Part shown: positions 8,758 through 18,566 of the stretch, in pieces | How the letters are laid out: every line of letters begins with the position of its first letter | Numbering within the stretch: the first letter of the stretch is position 1 | Source: a virus | Virus record (IMG/VR): IMGVR_UViG_3300024518_000012 | Reading direction: 5' to 3' (one strand) | Length of the DNA: 40,523 nt | Position numbers and translations under genes: made by a program | The notes under the pieces: generated by a model | The model's database searches: none | What the model saw: only the letters and a program-made list of their open reading frames with translations | What the model was told of the DNA's origin: nothing

Positions 8758-11700
8758 ATGCCCAGAGAGACCCTCGACGCGGCCATTGTGACCGCCATTA
8801 GGGCGGCCCAGGCTGGTCAGTTCAACCAACTGGTTCGGATCAAGGATCCACTGGGAGGGACAACCGGGGAGCTTTCCGCCTCCGGAGTGGACAGCTACGC
8901 TCCCAGGACCCAGGGGGCGGACAAAGAGTGGGGCCTCGGGGCCTTCACCTGGGACGGTGGACCCATCGAGGCCAAGGTCCTGGAGAGGTCGGACGTCCGA
9001 TTCCGCGCCGACGGAGAGGGGGAGGTGACCCTGACCATCCTGGCGGCGGACTCCACCACCCCGAATCCTCAGTCCTTCATCGCCGCCGACGTGGTCCTCC
9101 TGGTGGTCCAGCCTGGCACGTCCAACGAGGGGGCGATATTCCGAGGCCGTGTCTCCCAGGCTGGCTCTGGGAAGGGAGACGTTGGGACCATCAAGCTCCG
9201 CTGTAGGGGATACCTCTCCTCGGCCTCGGACTCGATCCCCAAGTGGAACACCGGGGCCCTGTGTCAGTTGAAGTTCCGGGGGGCGAAGTGTGCCCACACC
9301 AGCATGGCCACGGCCTCGGCCAGTGGCCCAGGGAAGTCCCACACCGTGGACGACACCTCCAACATGGTGGCGGGCCGGTTCGTGATCGGTGACCCCAACG
9401 GGACGCCACACCCCGTGGAGATCGACACCGTAGACACGGGGACCACCTGGACCAGTGTGGAGGATACCGAGTTCCAGGCGGCCGATCCGGTGGCGTATGG
9501 GGACTGTGACCGGACGTTCCAAGACTGTGTCCTTAGGCTCCAGACCCACCGGTACAATGGCTTCCGCGGGGTCCTCCTGATCGTGGACTCCACGAGTCCG
9601 ATAGACTTCGGCCAACCGCCCCTGTCAGACAACCCCGTGACCTGGAACCCCGGGGAGGCCAAGCCGGACGTTCCCCTCCCGGTCAATTACCAGATCGAGC
9701 AATACACCGGGGCGATCAACCCATCCGCGGAACTATCCGTGGGTGAACAGGAGATTTTCGAGGAGAACCCGGTCCCCTACTGTTACGGCCGGGTGACCGT
9801 GCCCCTGGTCCCCGTGGAGCGCCACCTCCTCCTGGCCAACCCAGGTGTCCCCGACGAGGATCGGGAGTATGCCGTGGGGTTCTACGTGATCGGGGCGGGC
9901 CCCATCGAGGACATCCGGCGAGTATTCACTAAGGAGAGGATCGTCAAGAATGACGACGGATTCGGTGGTGAGTCGATCAACGGGGACGAGGCCTACTGGA
10001 GGGACGGGAGCCTAGGGGTGGACTCCGAATACGTCCTAGCCGACTGGCAGGCCGACCGCCTGGTGGCCGCCTCCGCCGCCAACGACCGGGCCATGAAGCT
10101 CACCATCCAGGAACGGGACTTCATGTCCAACACCGGGACCACCTACTCCGGGGCGGCCATGCTGAAGTTCCTGATCCCCATCGGGAACGGCCAGGGGACT
10201 GTCTCCGTGGAGGGGCCGGACGACCTCCCGGACCTGTTCGCGGACATCGAGGGCCGCCTGGTCCAGGCCTACACCTCCCTGGGGGCCACGGACGGGGCCG
10301 CCGCCTGGACCAATGGCCGGAACCCCGTCTGGGCCCTCCTGGACGCCCTCCTGGACACCGACCTGGCCGGGGTCCCCTCGGACCTCATCAAGTGGGCCGA
10401 CTGGAAAACCGCTGCCGACAAGTGTGCGGTCCTGATCCAGAATGACGGGATGAAGACAGCCATCCGGACCACGATGGGGACGCCTCTGGAGGTCATCCCG
10501 GTGGACGGCCTCGACGGGATAGCCCCCGGGGACACCCTCCACCTACCGGGCCCCACCACCAGGGTGGCCGAGTTCACCGACCTTACCGGGGCCCAGATAT
10601 TCCTGGACTCCGCCATTCAGTTGACAGCGGGGGACGTGGTCCAGGCGGAGAGGCCCAGGTATACATTCAACTATGTAATGCGGCGGCGGACCAAGCTCTC
10701 CTCGTTCATCAAGATTGCCCTCTCGTCCTGTAATGCCCACCTCTACATGGACGGGGAGGTCCTCGGGATCAGGGTCATGGATGGAATCTTCAACGGGGAC
10801 CCGGGGATCCTGTCCACGGACGCCGGAAGATTGATGCCCAGGTTCCTCCGGAACACCTTCAGGCTGGACCGGGGGGTGGCCTTCAGCCGCCAGCATAACG
10901 TGGTAGAGGCCCGCTACAACCGGGGCAATACCATGCTGAACAAGAAAGGCCAACTCACCGTCGTGGATGCCGATGCCGGGGGCCATGACATCCCGAAACG
11001 GACCAAGCTGGACTTTCCCGCGGTGAACACCTCGGAGCAGGCCCTTAGGTGTTGCCTCGGCAGGATGTCCCGGTTGATGCCACTGGAGAACGGAGAGGGC
11101 CAGAACGATAAGGGGGCCTCCCCGTTCCGCGGAAAGACCCTGATAAACGGCCTTGAACTGGCAATCGGGGACTATTTCGATGCCGTGGAGGACATCACCC
11201 TACCTGGCGGGCCCACCATCGCGGCCCCGAATGCCCTCCCCGACCTGGAGGCCTGGGTCAGGCCGGACTTCGGGATCACCGGGGACCCGGAGGTGACCGC
11301 CTGGGAGATGAAGGCCGGGGCCGCCGCGGCCTCGATCTACACCAGGGCCGGGACCGGGCCCCAGTTGAAAAAGAACATTGCCGCTATCGGGGGCCACGAT
11401 GCCGTGGAGCTCGATCTGGCTGGACGGACACTGACCACTGGGGACAGCCTGGAGATCGCTGGGGCCTGGACCATCGCGGCCGTCTACAGGACGGACGGGT
11501 CCACCTCCGCGTCCGTCTACCCTATCGGCGGGACAGGTGCCAGCAATTCCGTCGGAGTCCAGGCCCCGGGCCATGACGATCCCACCTCTGGCGGGGTCTA
11601 CTATGACGACGTCCCGGCCACCATCTCGAAGGACTTCAACAACGAGACCAGCGAGGTGACGGATTACCATATCGCCATCTGGCGGCGGGACGGGACCGGG

Positions 11701-13116
11701 GACCACTGGTATTTCCACGATGGCGTGGACCAGACCCTGGATGACCCGGTTCCTGGCCGGTACAACAACAACACCGACCCGATGAAGTTCAACGCCCTCC
11801 TACAACTGACAGGGGACTTCTCGGGGGCCGTCGGTGGCCGCCTGGTGGACGGGTGTGTCCACTCCGGGTTCCTGTCCGATGACGACCAGGACGCCCTCTA
11901 TAACTACTTCGCGGACCGCTACGGGTTCTCCCTCCTGGGTGGAGCGGGGGACAAGCTGGTCCGTGTCCGTGGCCGGGTGGACGGGATCAAGATCAAGCAG
12001 GACCTCTCGGTGGAGTTCTCCTGTAAAGGGGAGCGGGAGAGGATCCGCCTGGACGCCTTCGGGCCAGCCGTCCTGCCGTTCTCGGACAACCCCTACGGGT
12101 CGGCCAGCGCTGCCGTGAGGGCCCCGGGTGGGAATGCCTGGCCCCTGGCCTACCCCGGCCTGGTGATCTCGATAGTGGAGGTCGAGGGCTTCCGGGTGGA
12201 GTGCGCCATCGTCACCTCAGGATTCGATGCAAACAACACGGCCAGGGACGTCCTCCGTCGTGGGTTCTTCGAGCTTCACGCCTCCAATACCAGCGGATTC
12301 ACCCCCGAGGTAGGAAACTCCTCCGAAACCTTCGTGATGAACGTAGGGGCCTGGCATCGGTCCTTTATCTGGCAGGTTCCGGACAAATACCTGGAGGCCA
12401 CCATCTATGCCAAGCTGGTCCTCCGTGGGTTCTCGGACGCCCCGGTGACCTCCAACGAGCTCGAAATCCAGGCCACCAGGGCGATAGACCCGGACAACCG
12501 GAACCCGGACACGGTCCAGACAGAGGGCCTGATCTTCAGCGAGGTGACGGATGGGGACTTCCAGGGGGATCCGTTCTACTGGCAGGTGACCGGTGGGGCC
12601 TCTATGGGGTCCAACGTCATGACCCTGACCGCCGCCGGGGACACCTTCAAGCGTGGGTTCCCGTTCGTCCAGCAGAGATCCACCGGGGTGTGGCTCCCCA
12701 CCGGGGACCCCGTGGTGGTCCGTGTGGCCCTCCGTGGGGTCTCCGCGGTCCCGGCCGGGGAGATCCGGATCTACCTCAGGGACACGATCTCGACCACGGA
12801 GTGGACCCTGATCCAGGTCCAGGTGGCTGACATCCTGAACGGGACATTCAGACACTACACCCAGAAGTCCACGTTCGTGGATGACATCGGCGGGACCCTG
12901 GAGATCAAGGGAGAGTATCTGGCCGGCGGGGTGACGGACGTCGAGGTGGACAAGCTCATGGTCCACTTCGGAGCCCTTCACTCCGTGTTCCGCCTGACCC
13001 GGGAGGAGGCGGAGTCCGGCTACCGGCCAGACTGGACGACCGTTCCCCAGGCTGGCCACTTCGACCGGGCCCTCTGGACAACCGGACAATACAAGATAGC
13101 GGAGGTCCTACCGTGA
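8758..13116 (+). CDS. Tail tip / host-specificity protein: gpL-like (DUF2163/BR0599) N-terminus fused to a gpJ-like central fibre protein (1452 aa)
   Basis: Four-Cys motif C-QLKFRG-AK-C ... GD-C-DRTFQD-C-x11-NGFRG (nt about 9262-9570) mirrors lambda gpL C-TWTYRG-DE-C ... KDK-C-SKCLSG-C-KFRNNVGNFGGF. The downstream segment GRNPVWALLDALLD...ADWKTAADKC resembles the gpJ / Phage-tail_3 signature. A lectin/LamG-like region lies near nt 11400-11750. Confidence 0.75.
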   Translation: MPRETLDAAIVTAIRAAQAGQFNQLVRIKDPLGGTTGELSASGVDSYAPRTQGADKEWGLGAFTWDGGPIEAKVLERSDVRFRADGEGEVTLTILAADSTTPNPQSFIAADVVLLVVQPGTSNEGAIFRGRVSQAGSGKGDVGTIKLRCRGYLSSASDSIPKWNTGALCQLKFRGAKCAHTSMATASASGPGKSHTVDDTSNMVAGRFVIGDPNGTPHPVEIDTVDTGTTWTSVEDTEFQAADPVAYGDCDRTFQDCVLRLQTHRYNGFRGVLLIVDSTSPIDFGQPPLSDNPVTWNPGEAKPDVPLPVNYQIEQYTGAINPSAELSVGEQEIFEENPVPYCYGRVTVPLVPVERHLLLANPGVPDEDREYAVGFYVIGAGPIEDIRRVFTKERIVKNDDGFGGESINGDEAYWRDGSLGVDSEYVLADWQADRLVAASAANDRAMKLTIQERDFMSNTGTTYSGAAMLKFLIPIGNGQGTVSVEGPDDLPDLFADIEGRLVQAYTSLGATDGAAAWTNGRNPVWALLDALLDTDLAGVPSDLIKWADWKTAADKCAVLIQNDGMKTAIRTTMGTPLEVIPVDGLDGIAPGDTLHLPGPTTRVAEFTDLTGAQIFLDSAIQLTAGDVVQAERPRYTFNYVMRRRTKLSSFIKIALSSCNAHLYMDGEVLGIRVMDGIFNGDPGILSTDAGRLMPRFLRNTFRLDRGVAFSRQHNVVEARYNRGNTMLNKKGQLTVVDADAGGHDIPKRTKLDFPAVNTSEQALRCCLGRMSRLMPLENGEGQNDKGASPFRGKTLINGLELAIGDYFDAVEDITLPGGPTIAAPNALPDLEAWVRPDFGITGDPEVTAWEMKAGAAAASIYTRAGTGPQLKKNIAAIGGHDAVELDLAGRTLTTGDSLEIAGAWTIAAVYRTDGSTSASVYPIGGTGASNSVGVQAPGHDDPTSGGVYYDDVPATISKDFNNETSEVTDYHIAIWRRDGTGDHWYFHDGVDQTLDDPVPGRYNNNTDPMKFNALLQLTGDFSGAVGGRLVDGCVHSGFLSDDDQDALYNYFADRYGFSLLGGAGDKLVRVRGRVDGIKIKQDLSVEFSCKGERERIRLDAFGPAVLPFSDNPYGSASAAVRAPGGNAWPLAYPGLVISIVEVEGFRVECAIVTSGFDANNTARDVLRRGFFELHASNTSGFTPEVGNSSETFVMNVGAWHRSFIWQVPDKYLEATIYAKLVLRGFSDAPVTSNELEIQATRAIDPDNRNPDTVQTEGLIFSEVTDGDFQGDPFYWQVTGGASMGSNVMTLTAAGDTFKRGFPFVQQRSTGVWLPTGDPVVVRVALRGVSAVPAGEIRIYLRDTISTTEWTLIQVQVADILNGTFRHYTQKSTFVDDIGGTLEIKGEYLAGGVTDVEVDKLMVHFGALHSVFRLTREEAESGYRPDWTTVPQAGHFDRALWTTGQYKIAEVLP

Positions 13117-16100
13117 AACAGATACTGACCCTCCTGGCCCTGGTGTCCCTCCTGGGCCCAGCCATGGCCCAGCAACCCATCGAGTCGATAACCTTCGAGT
13201 TCCCCGTGGCCGGATTGACGACATGCGACCCCCACACCCAGCGGAACAAGCAGCATTTCACCGACCTCTGGCAGATCACCTGCGACCGGTCCACCAGCGT
13301 CTGGGCCGTTGTAGGTGACCGCCACGACCTCAGGGCCTACGGGGCGATCCCGGACGATGCCACCACGGACGCCGCCGCCATCCAACGGGCCTTTGTCGGG
13401 GCGGCCGGGGGCGGGACCATCGTGGCGGCCGGTGGGGAATACGAGCTTGACGCCACAGTCCAGGCCACCCTGGCCACGGCCGAGGACCTCCCCGGTGTCC
13501 GCCTGGAGTGTAGCGGGACCCTCGGGTCCACGTTCACCTGGACAGGGGCGGCAGACGGGATCATGTTCCAGCCCACCGTGGCCCTCGGGACCAAGTCCTA
13601 CAACCTCACCGTGGAGGGGTGCAAGTTCCAGACGGACGCCGCCACCCACGGGGTGACCGCCTGGGACCTCTCCTCGGTGGGGAATGCCAGGTTCGTCCGG
13701 AACACCTTCGAGGAGGTGGAGATCGGGCTCTATCTCCTGTCCTCCATCACCCAGGCGGTGACCGGGGCCTACCTCTCCGAGAATACCTTCCTGGGGGACG
13801 GGAACGATTGCGCCGCCGATGGCGGGGACAATGACGAATGCGACACCGGAATATACCTGGGCCGGTTCAACGACGGGGCGGACATCGTGGACACCCTGGC
13901 CGATGGCCTGGACATCGGGATACACAACTACCGGGCCAACAGGACCAGGATCATGGGAGGCACGGTCCAGAACAACGATGACGGGATTTTGGTGGACAAC
14001 GATGGGGTGGCGCTCACCGCGGTGGACGTCTCGATAGTCCGGGTCCACCAGAGCCTAAACACCAACGGAGTGCACATTGTGGACTCCCGGCGGACAGCGG
14101 TCATCGGCCCCGATATGGACGTCCTGGTGGACTGTGACGAGACAGTGTGTGTCCCGATCATCAACCCCGGAGGGGTCACCGGCTTGGCTGACCGGGTCCC
14201 CTACACCGACGGATTTGGGGACACCCTCACCGATTCCAGCCTTGGGTTCGATGACGCCGCGGACACCCTCCTGGCCGAGAAGATCCTCCTGGACAATGGT
14301 GGGTCAGTCCCCCAGATCCAGACCGGGGGCGGGAACTGGTCAAGCTCCACGATTAGCAGCAACCCCGGGGGGATCTCGACCCTGACCAACTTCGTGGCCG
14401 GGACGACAGACGGCCAGTCCGTCGGATTCAACCTGGGAGTTTCAGACACGGACGACCCGGCGGATCCTCTCTTCAACTTCCCGAGGGCCAAGTTCTTCCT
14501 GACGGACAACACCTCGTCCTCCGGGGTCTTTGGTCTCTGGGGAACTGGTGCGATCAATATCCCGGCTTTCGAGGTCGGAATCGGTTTGAATCGGTTCCTC
14601 AGGATCGAGCCCGGCGGGGAGGTAACTCTGGACGATTACCCGGACTGCGGGGTCATAAGTTCGGACGGGTCCGGGCAGTTATTGTGTGGGTCTCCACTCC
14701 TGAACGGGGCGGTCAACGAGACGGTGGACCTGGACGTGACCGTGGACACCGGGGACGTCCTGGCCACCATCGAGGCCGATCTCGGTGGGGACCTGACCTT
14801 CTATTTCGGGGGTGTGACCTACACCCTGGACTGTACCCCGGTAACCACGAATTGCCAGATCACCCTCACCGAGGGGACGGACACCAGCCCAACCCTCAAT
14901 TACCTATATGTGACCGAGGCCGCGGGGGTCCTGACCTTCACCAGTTCCACCTCGGACTGGCCCGCCACCTCCCACGCCCCGATTGCCACTGCCCTGATCC
15001 AGACGGACGCCTCGGTGACGGCCAACGGGGCCTATAAGGTCCACGCATGGACGGACCACGTCTCCACGTCCACGGAGAACGGCCACCTGTCCCACCTGAA
15101 TCGGAAGTTCAGGACACAACACGCCACCTGGGACAGCGGAACGGCGGCCAATACCCTCACGATCTCCAACCCGGACGCCTGGATCGACACGGACGCCGGG
15201 GAGGTCTACCAGCTACACCTCCACGACATGCCAGCCCTCGACATGGCGGTGGCCCCGTTCTTCGTTGTCAACGAGCCCGGGACGCCCTTCATGGAGGCGG
15301 ACAGCCTGGCGGACATCACCCAGGACGCCAGCAGTGTGACATGGGGAAACAACAAGTATGGAAATCTCGTGGTGGTCGGGGTGGTCTCGGAGGATGCCGG
15401 AGACTCCCAGGGCCTGATAAACCTCCCGACCTCCACCTATACCCTGGAGTCGGACGCCCTGATTGACGCCGAAGCCACCAGCGTCTACACCATCCCGGCG
15501 GACTTCGTGGGGACCGGGTTCCTCATCGCCAGGTATACGGTCAGGAAAACCGTTTCCGGCTGGACCCAGTCCGGGATAGATGACCTCCGCGGGGACACAC
15601 CCTCCACGGCCCCGGGGTCCGGCGGTGGGGGTGGCTGGATAGTCTCGGACGGGCCCAACTCCCAGACCATCTCCCCGGGTGAAATCCTGGACTTTGTAGG
15701 ACAGACGGATGTCATGGACACCCTGGTCTCGGTCCCGGGGAATACCAGGGTCCTGATTAGCCTGAAGGACACCGCGGTTACCCCGGCCGAATACGCCACC
15801 CCGATCTTGACGGTGGACCAGCAGGGGAGACTTACGGCCATCGAGGACGGTGGGTCCCAGTTCTCTCTCCGGTGGGAGTTCACAAGCGACGATTCGAGCA
15901 CGTGCACGGGGGTTACCGGGGTTCCTGGCCGGTTCGATTACAATAGCGCCACCGTGTCCTCGGTGACCCTGATCTGTTACAACCACGACATGGAGAACGG
16001 GGCCGACGTTGGGGGCGTCCTGGAGACCTTCGGGGACACAGACACCATAGTTCTCCAGCAGATTGACGACCCGACCAAGTGGGCCGTTTTCAAGATCACG

Positions 16101-17105
16101 GCGGATCCTATCCCGGCCTTCGGGGACGCCTGGCAGTTCACGGTCACACACGAGGACTCCTCGGGAACCTTCGACAACGGGGAGGTGGTGGGGTCCGCGT
16201 TCTTCTCGGGGAACAGTGTGGGGGGCGGAGGTGGCTCCCCAGCCCATCCTGGGTCCGACGGGGACATCCAGTGGTCCACCGGGGTGGGTGGGGCCACGGA
16301 CTCCGAGGCGGCCTTCAACTATGACGACACGGCGAACACGCTCCTCGTCGGTACGGTGACCGCCGAGGCCATCACCAATGAGGGCCCACTCTTGACCGTG
16401 GGCGATGGCGTGGACGAGGATCTAAAGATCAACTTCGACAGGCAGGCCTCCGGTGGTGACCCGTTCGTGGCGTGGAATGAGACGAACGACAATCTGGAGA
16501 TAGACGTGGGTTCGGCCGTCCAAGACAACTTTGTTTACAATCTCGACATACTCCTCCCCCACCATGGCGCGGTCCAGGTCTACTCCGGGGGGGCGAGGGG
16601 TGGAACGATCCGGCCCATGGTCCGGATGATCGCGGAGGGGGCCACGGAGGCCCTGGCAAATCCCCCATGGTTGGAATTCGACAACACCAACGGCACAGGG
16701 AATGAAGTCTGGAACATGCGGCCCGAGAACTCTGACCAGTTCGTCCTCTACGAGGGGACTGCCGGGGATGCCGTGGCCTTCGACACCGGGGAGGACGCTG
16801 CACTATTCGAGATGGCCATGGCCTCGAAGGCGGCCCAGGCCCTGTCCGAGCCTGACACCACCCCCAGCATCAAGGGCGGGAACGTGTTCACGGTCCCGGC
16901 GAGCTCCTCGGACTTCATCACCGACCTGGACGATTACGCCACCAGTGGGTCTCAGCCGGTGTGGCTGATCTTCCTGGGTGGCTCCGCCACGGTAGACTGT
17001 AACGGTCCGACCATCTATTGCAACGGTGGGGGGACCTACAGCCCAGCGGCGAATGATTCCATGCAATGCGTCGAGGCCTCGGATATCTGGTATTGTCACT
17101 ATTGA
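13113..17105 (+). CDS. 1330-aa beta-helix (pectate-lyase-3-like) tailspike/fibre-like protein with a Sec-type N-terminal signal peptide
   Basis: GTG start lies 7 nt after GGAGG, with a GTGA overlap. N-terminus is MKQILTLLALVSLLGPAMA|QQ. The segment HDLRAYGAIPDDATTDAAAIQRAF...GGTIVAAGGEYEL is typical of the start of a depolymerase beta-helix. Poly-Gly linkers and a ...ILTVDQQGRLTAI fibre-repeat-like motif are present. Confidence 0.7.
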   Translation: MKQILTLLALVSLLGPAMAQQPIESITFEFPVAGLTTCDPHTQRNKQHFTDLWQITCDRSTSVWAVVGDRHDLRAYGAIPDDATTDAAAIQRAFVGAAGGGTIVAAGGEYELDATVQATLATAEDLPGVRLECSGTLGSTFTWTGAADGIMFQPTVALGTKSYNLTVEGCKFQTDAATHGVTAWDLSSVGNARFVRNTFEEVEIGLYLLSSITQAVTGAYLSENTFLGDGNDCAADGGDNDECDTGIYLGRFNDGADIVDTLADGLDIGIHNYRANRTRIMGGTVQNNDDGILVDNDGVALTAVDVSIVRVHQSLNTNGVHIVDSRRTAVIGPDMDVLVDCDETVCVPIINPGGVTGLADRVPYTDGFGDTLTDSSLGFDDAADTLLAEKILLDNGGSVPQIQTGGGNWSSSTISSNPGGISTLTNFVAGTTDGQSVGFNLGVSDTDDPADPLFNFPRAKFFLTDNTSSSGVFGLWGTGAINIPAFEVGIGLNRFLRIEPGGEVTLDDYPDCGVISSDGSGQLLCGSPLLNGAVNETVDLDVTVDTGDVLATIEADLGGDLTFYFGGVTYTLDCTPVTTNCQITLTEGTDTSPTLNYLYVTEAAGVLTFTSSTSDWPATSHAPIATALIQTDASVTANGAYKVHAWTDHVSTSTENGHLSHLNRKFRTQHATWDSGTAANTLTISNPDAWIDTDAGEVYQLHLHDMPALDMAVAPFFVVNEPGTPFMEADSLADITQDASSVTWGNNKYGNLVVVGVVSEDAGDSQGLINLPTSTYTLESDALIDAEATSVYTIPADFVGTGFLIARYTVRKTVSGWTQSGIDDLRGDTPSTAPGSGGGGGWIVSDGPNSQTISPGEILDFVGQTDVMDTLVSVPGNTRVLISLKDTAVTPAEYATPILTVDQQGRLTAIEDGGSQFSLRWEFTSDDSSTCTGVTGVPGRFDYNSATVSSVTLICYNHDMENGADVGGVLETFGDTDTIVLQQIDDPTKWAVFKITADPIPAFGDAWQFTVTHEDSSGTFDNGEVVGSAFFSGNSVGGGGGSPAHPGSDGDIQWSTGVGGATDSEAAFNYDDTANTLLVGTVTAEAITNEGPLLTVGDGVDEDLKINFDRQASGGDPFVAWNETNDNLEIDVGSAVQDNFVYNLDILLPHHGAVQVYSGGARGGTIRPMVRMIAEGATEALANPPWLEFDNTNGTGNEVWNMRPENSDQFVLYEGTAGDAVAFDTGEDAALFEMAMASKAAQALSEPDTTPSIKGGNVFTVPASSSDFITDLDDYATSGSQPVWLIFLGGSATVDCNGPTIYCNGGGTYSPAANDSMQCVEASDIWYCHY

Positions 17106-17116
17106 GGGGGTGACCG

Positions 17117-17515
17117 GTGAGAGCTCTAGCCACTGCGATGGTCTGCTTGCTGGCTGTCACGTGTGTGATGGCCGAGCCCGCCAAAATCGTGATTGTCCAC
17201 CCGGACGTGGACAAGCACGATCCATTCGAGGATCCACCGGGCCACCTGAACCTCGGGACGGATCCCCTTACACAGGAGGCAATCGACGGACTCCTGGACG
17301 GAACCTTCTGGAAGGTACGATATCGTAGGTCAACCGCACCCTACCAGGATGCCTCTCTTAACCTGAAGGAATGCGGAACGGCCGTCTATAGGATCTGTTC
17401 GGACTTCGACCAGACGGAGACCCTTGGGTCGGTGGCCAGGTTCCGTGGATCTGGGTGTGAGGGGGTCTGCTCTCCGATCAAGTTCAAGGTCAGGGTCAAG
17501 GAGGCCACCCCGTGA
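17117..17515 (+). CDS. Secreted hypothetical protein (132 aa)
   Basis: GTG start follows GAGGGGGTGA. Signal peptide is MRALATAMVCLLAVTCVMA|EP. Confidence 0.6.
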   Translation: MRALATAMVCLLAVTCVMAEPAKIVIVHPDVDKHDPFEDPPGHLNLGTDPLTQEAIDGLLDGTFWKVRYRRSTAPYQDASLNLKECGTAVYRICSDFDQTETLGSVARFRGSGCEGVCSPIKFKVRVKEATP

Positions 17516-17829
17516 ACGACAGGAGAGACCAGAACCTATTTCTATTGGTCGGCCTGATCCTCCTGGTCCTCCTGGTCTCCTGCCAGGCCGAGGCCCCTGG
17601 TCCAGATGAGGCCCTCTGCCCCTGCCCCCACTTCCCGGAGATCATGGTCCCCTGTCATGAGGGGTTTGACGACTGCCCGGACGGGAGTGGCGGGGACCCC
17701 TGTACCTGCCCTGACGGGACGGTGATCGACTGCGATCTGTTCCATTGCCCCTGTCCCGTCTGCCCTACCTGCCCAGAGGGCCCCACATTCGAGCAGGGGC
17801 CCCAGGGGTCCCAGGAGAGTGACCAATGA
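17512..17829 (+). CDS. Cys/Pro-rich lipoprotein (o-spanin candidate, 105 aa)
   Basis: GTGA overlap and RBS AAGGAGG. The hydrophobic leader ends in the lipobox L-V-S-C. The mature part carries CPCP / CTCP / CPCPVCPTCP motifs. Confidence 0.6.
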   Translation: MNDRRDQNLFLLVGLILLVLLVSCQAEAPGPDEALCPCPHFPEIMVPCHEGFDDCPDGSGGDPCTCPDGTVIDCDLFHCPCPVCPTCPEGPTFEQGPQGSQESDQ

Positions 17830-18011
17830 AAAGATTCCTTAGAAAACGGCTGACCACCCTCGTCCTTACCGGGATCGCGGTCCCGTTCCTCCAGAAGTGG
17901 GGAGTCCCGGAGGACACGATCCAGTGGCTGATCGGGGCGGTGGGAGCTTGGATGATCTCCCAGGGCTGGTCCGACGGGAAGGCCATCGAGAACGGGAACA
18001 AAAAGGACTGA
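17826..18011 (+). CDS. Holin-like small membrane protein (61 aa)
   Basis: ATGA overlap. Two hydrophobic segments (LTTLVLTGIAVPFL, WLIGAVGAWMISQGW) and a charged C-terminal tail (NGNKKD). Confidence 0.5.
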   Translation: MKRFLRKRLTTLVLTGIAVPFLQKWGVPEDTIQWLIGAVGAWMISQGWSDGKAIENGNKKD

Positions 18012-18015
18012 AGCC

Positions 18016-18261
18016 ATGGCGAACCAGGGAGTAGACTCTGGGATCCTCCATAAGGCCTCTCTCCTGGCCGTGGGTGGCCTGGCTTGTTTCCTGGCCCTCC
18101 AGGTATGGCTCCAGCATGGAGAGATCGTAGCCCTCCACGAGAGGGTCCTGGTCCGGAAGGAAATCCAGGAGGAGATCCAGAAGGCCATCAAGGCCGAGGG
18201 GGAGTCCATCCGGGAACTGATCCGGACCATTCACTCCGGGGCCGCCCCGACAGGAGGCTGA
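18016..18261 (+). CDS. N-terminally anchored coiled-coil protein (i-spanin or antiholin candidate, 81 aa)
   Basis: One TM segment (ASLLAVGGLACFLALQVWL) followed by a charged helical region. Confidence 0.45.
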   Translation: MANQGVDSGILHKASLLAVGGLACFLALQVWLQHGEIVALHERVLVRKEIQEEIQKAIKAEGESIRELIRTIHSGAAPTGG

Positions 18262-18263
18262 CC

Positions 18264-18566
18264 ATGGAAAGACCGGCCCCTCCAGAAAACATCGTTGTAC
18301 TATGGCTGGCCATCGGGTTACTGGTGGCCTTCGGTGTTGTCACCGTGGCGGGAATCGTCCAGGCTGGTGTGGGTGGCGGGACATGCTCCTACAAGCTCCA
18401 TGTAGCCACGGCCTCCATGGCCCTGGCGGTCCATCGTATCGGGCCAGACAACCAGGACGAGGGGGCCAGGGACGCCGCCAGGGCCCTCCAGGTGGGTCTG
18501 GGGGAGTCCGGGCTGGAGTGTCGCTGGATCGAGGGGGCGGCCCCTCCTGAGTTCGCCTGCCGCTAG
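18264..18566 (+). CDS. Membrane-anchored hypothetical protein (100 aa)
   Basis: ATG lies 6 nt after CAGGAGG. TM segment is IVVLWLAIGLLVAFGVVTVAGIV. The start is trimmed from track ORF 18084..18566. Confidence 0.55.
   Translation: MERPAPPENIVVLWLAIGLLVAFGVVTVAGIVQAGVGGGTCSYKLHVATASMALAVHRIGPDNQDEGARDAARALQVGLGESGLECRWIEGAAPPEFACR

Noticed and set aside
8017-9615. Very long antisense ORFs: 8017..9615(-) 532 aa, 22540..24135(-) 531 aa, 20904..22391(-) 495 aa, 35419..36516(-), 13020..14048(-), 15213..16247(-) and many more.
   Set aside because: All are Gly/Arg/Pro/Leu-rich low-complexity translations lying opposite well-supported genes. High third-position GC on the sense strand removes stop codons from the antisense frames. 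They have no RBS and no family motifs.
13113-17105. Diversity-generating retroelement (template/variable repeat pair) targeting the fibre gene; CRISPR arrays anywhere in the window.
   Set aside because: I saw no reverse-transcriptase-like ORF, no long near-identical repeat pair, and no regularly spaced direct repeats. The only repeats found are the 59-bp ends, the promoter cassettes and the 12-bp tandem repeat.
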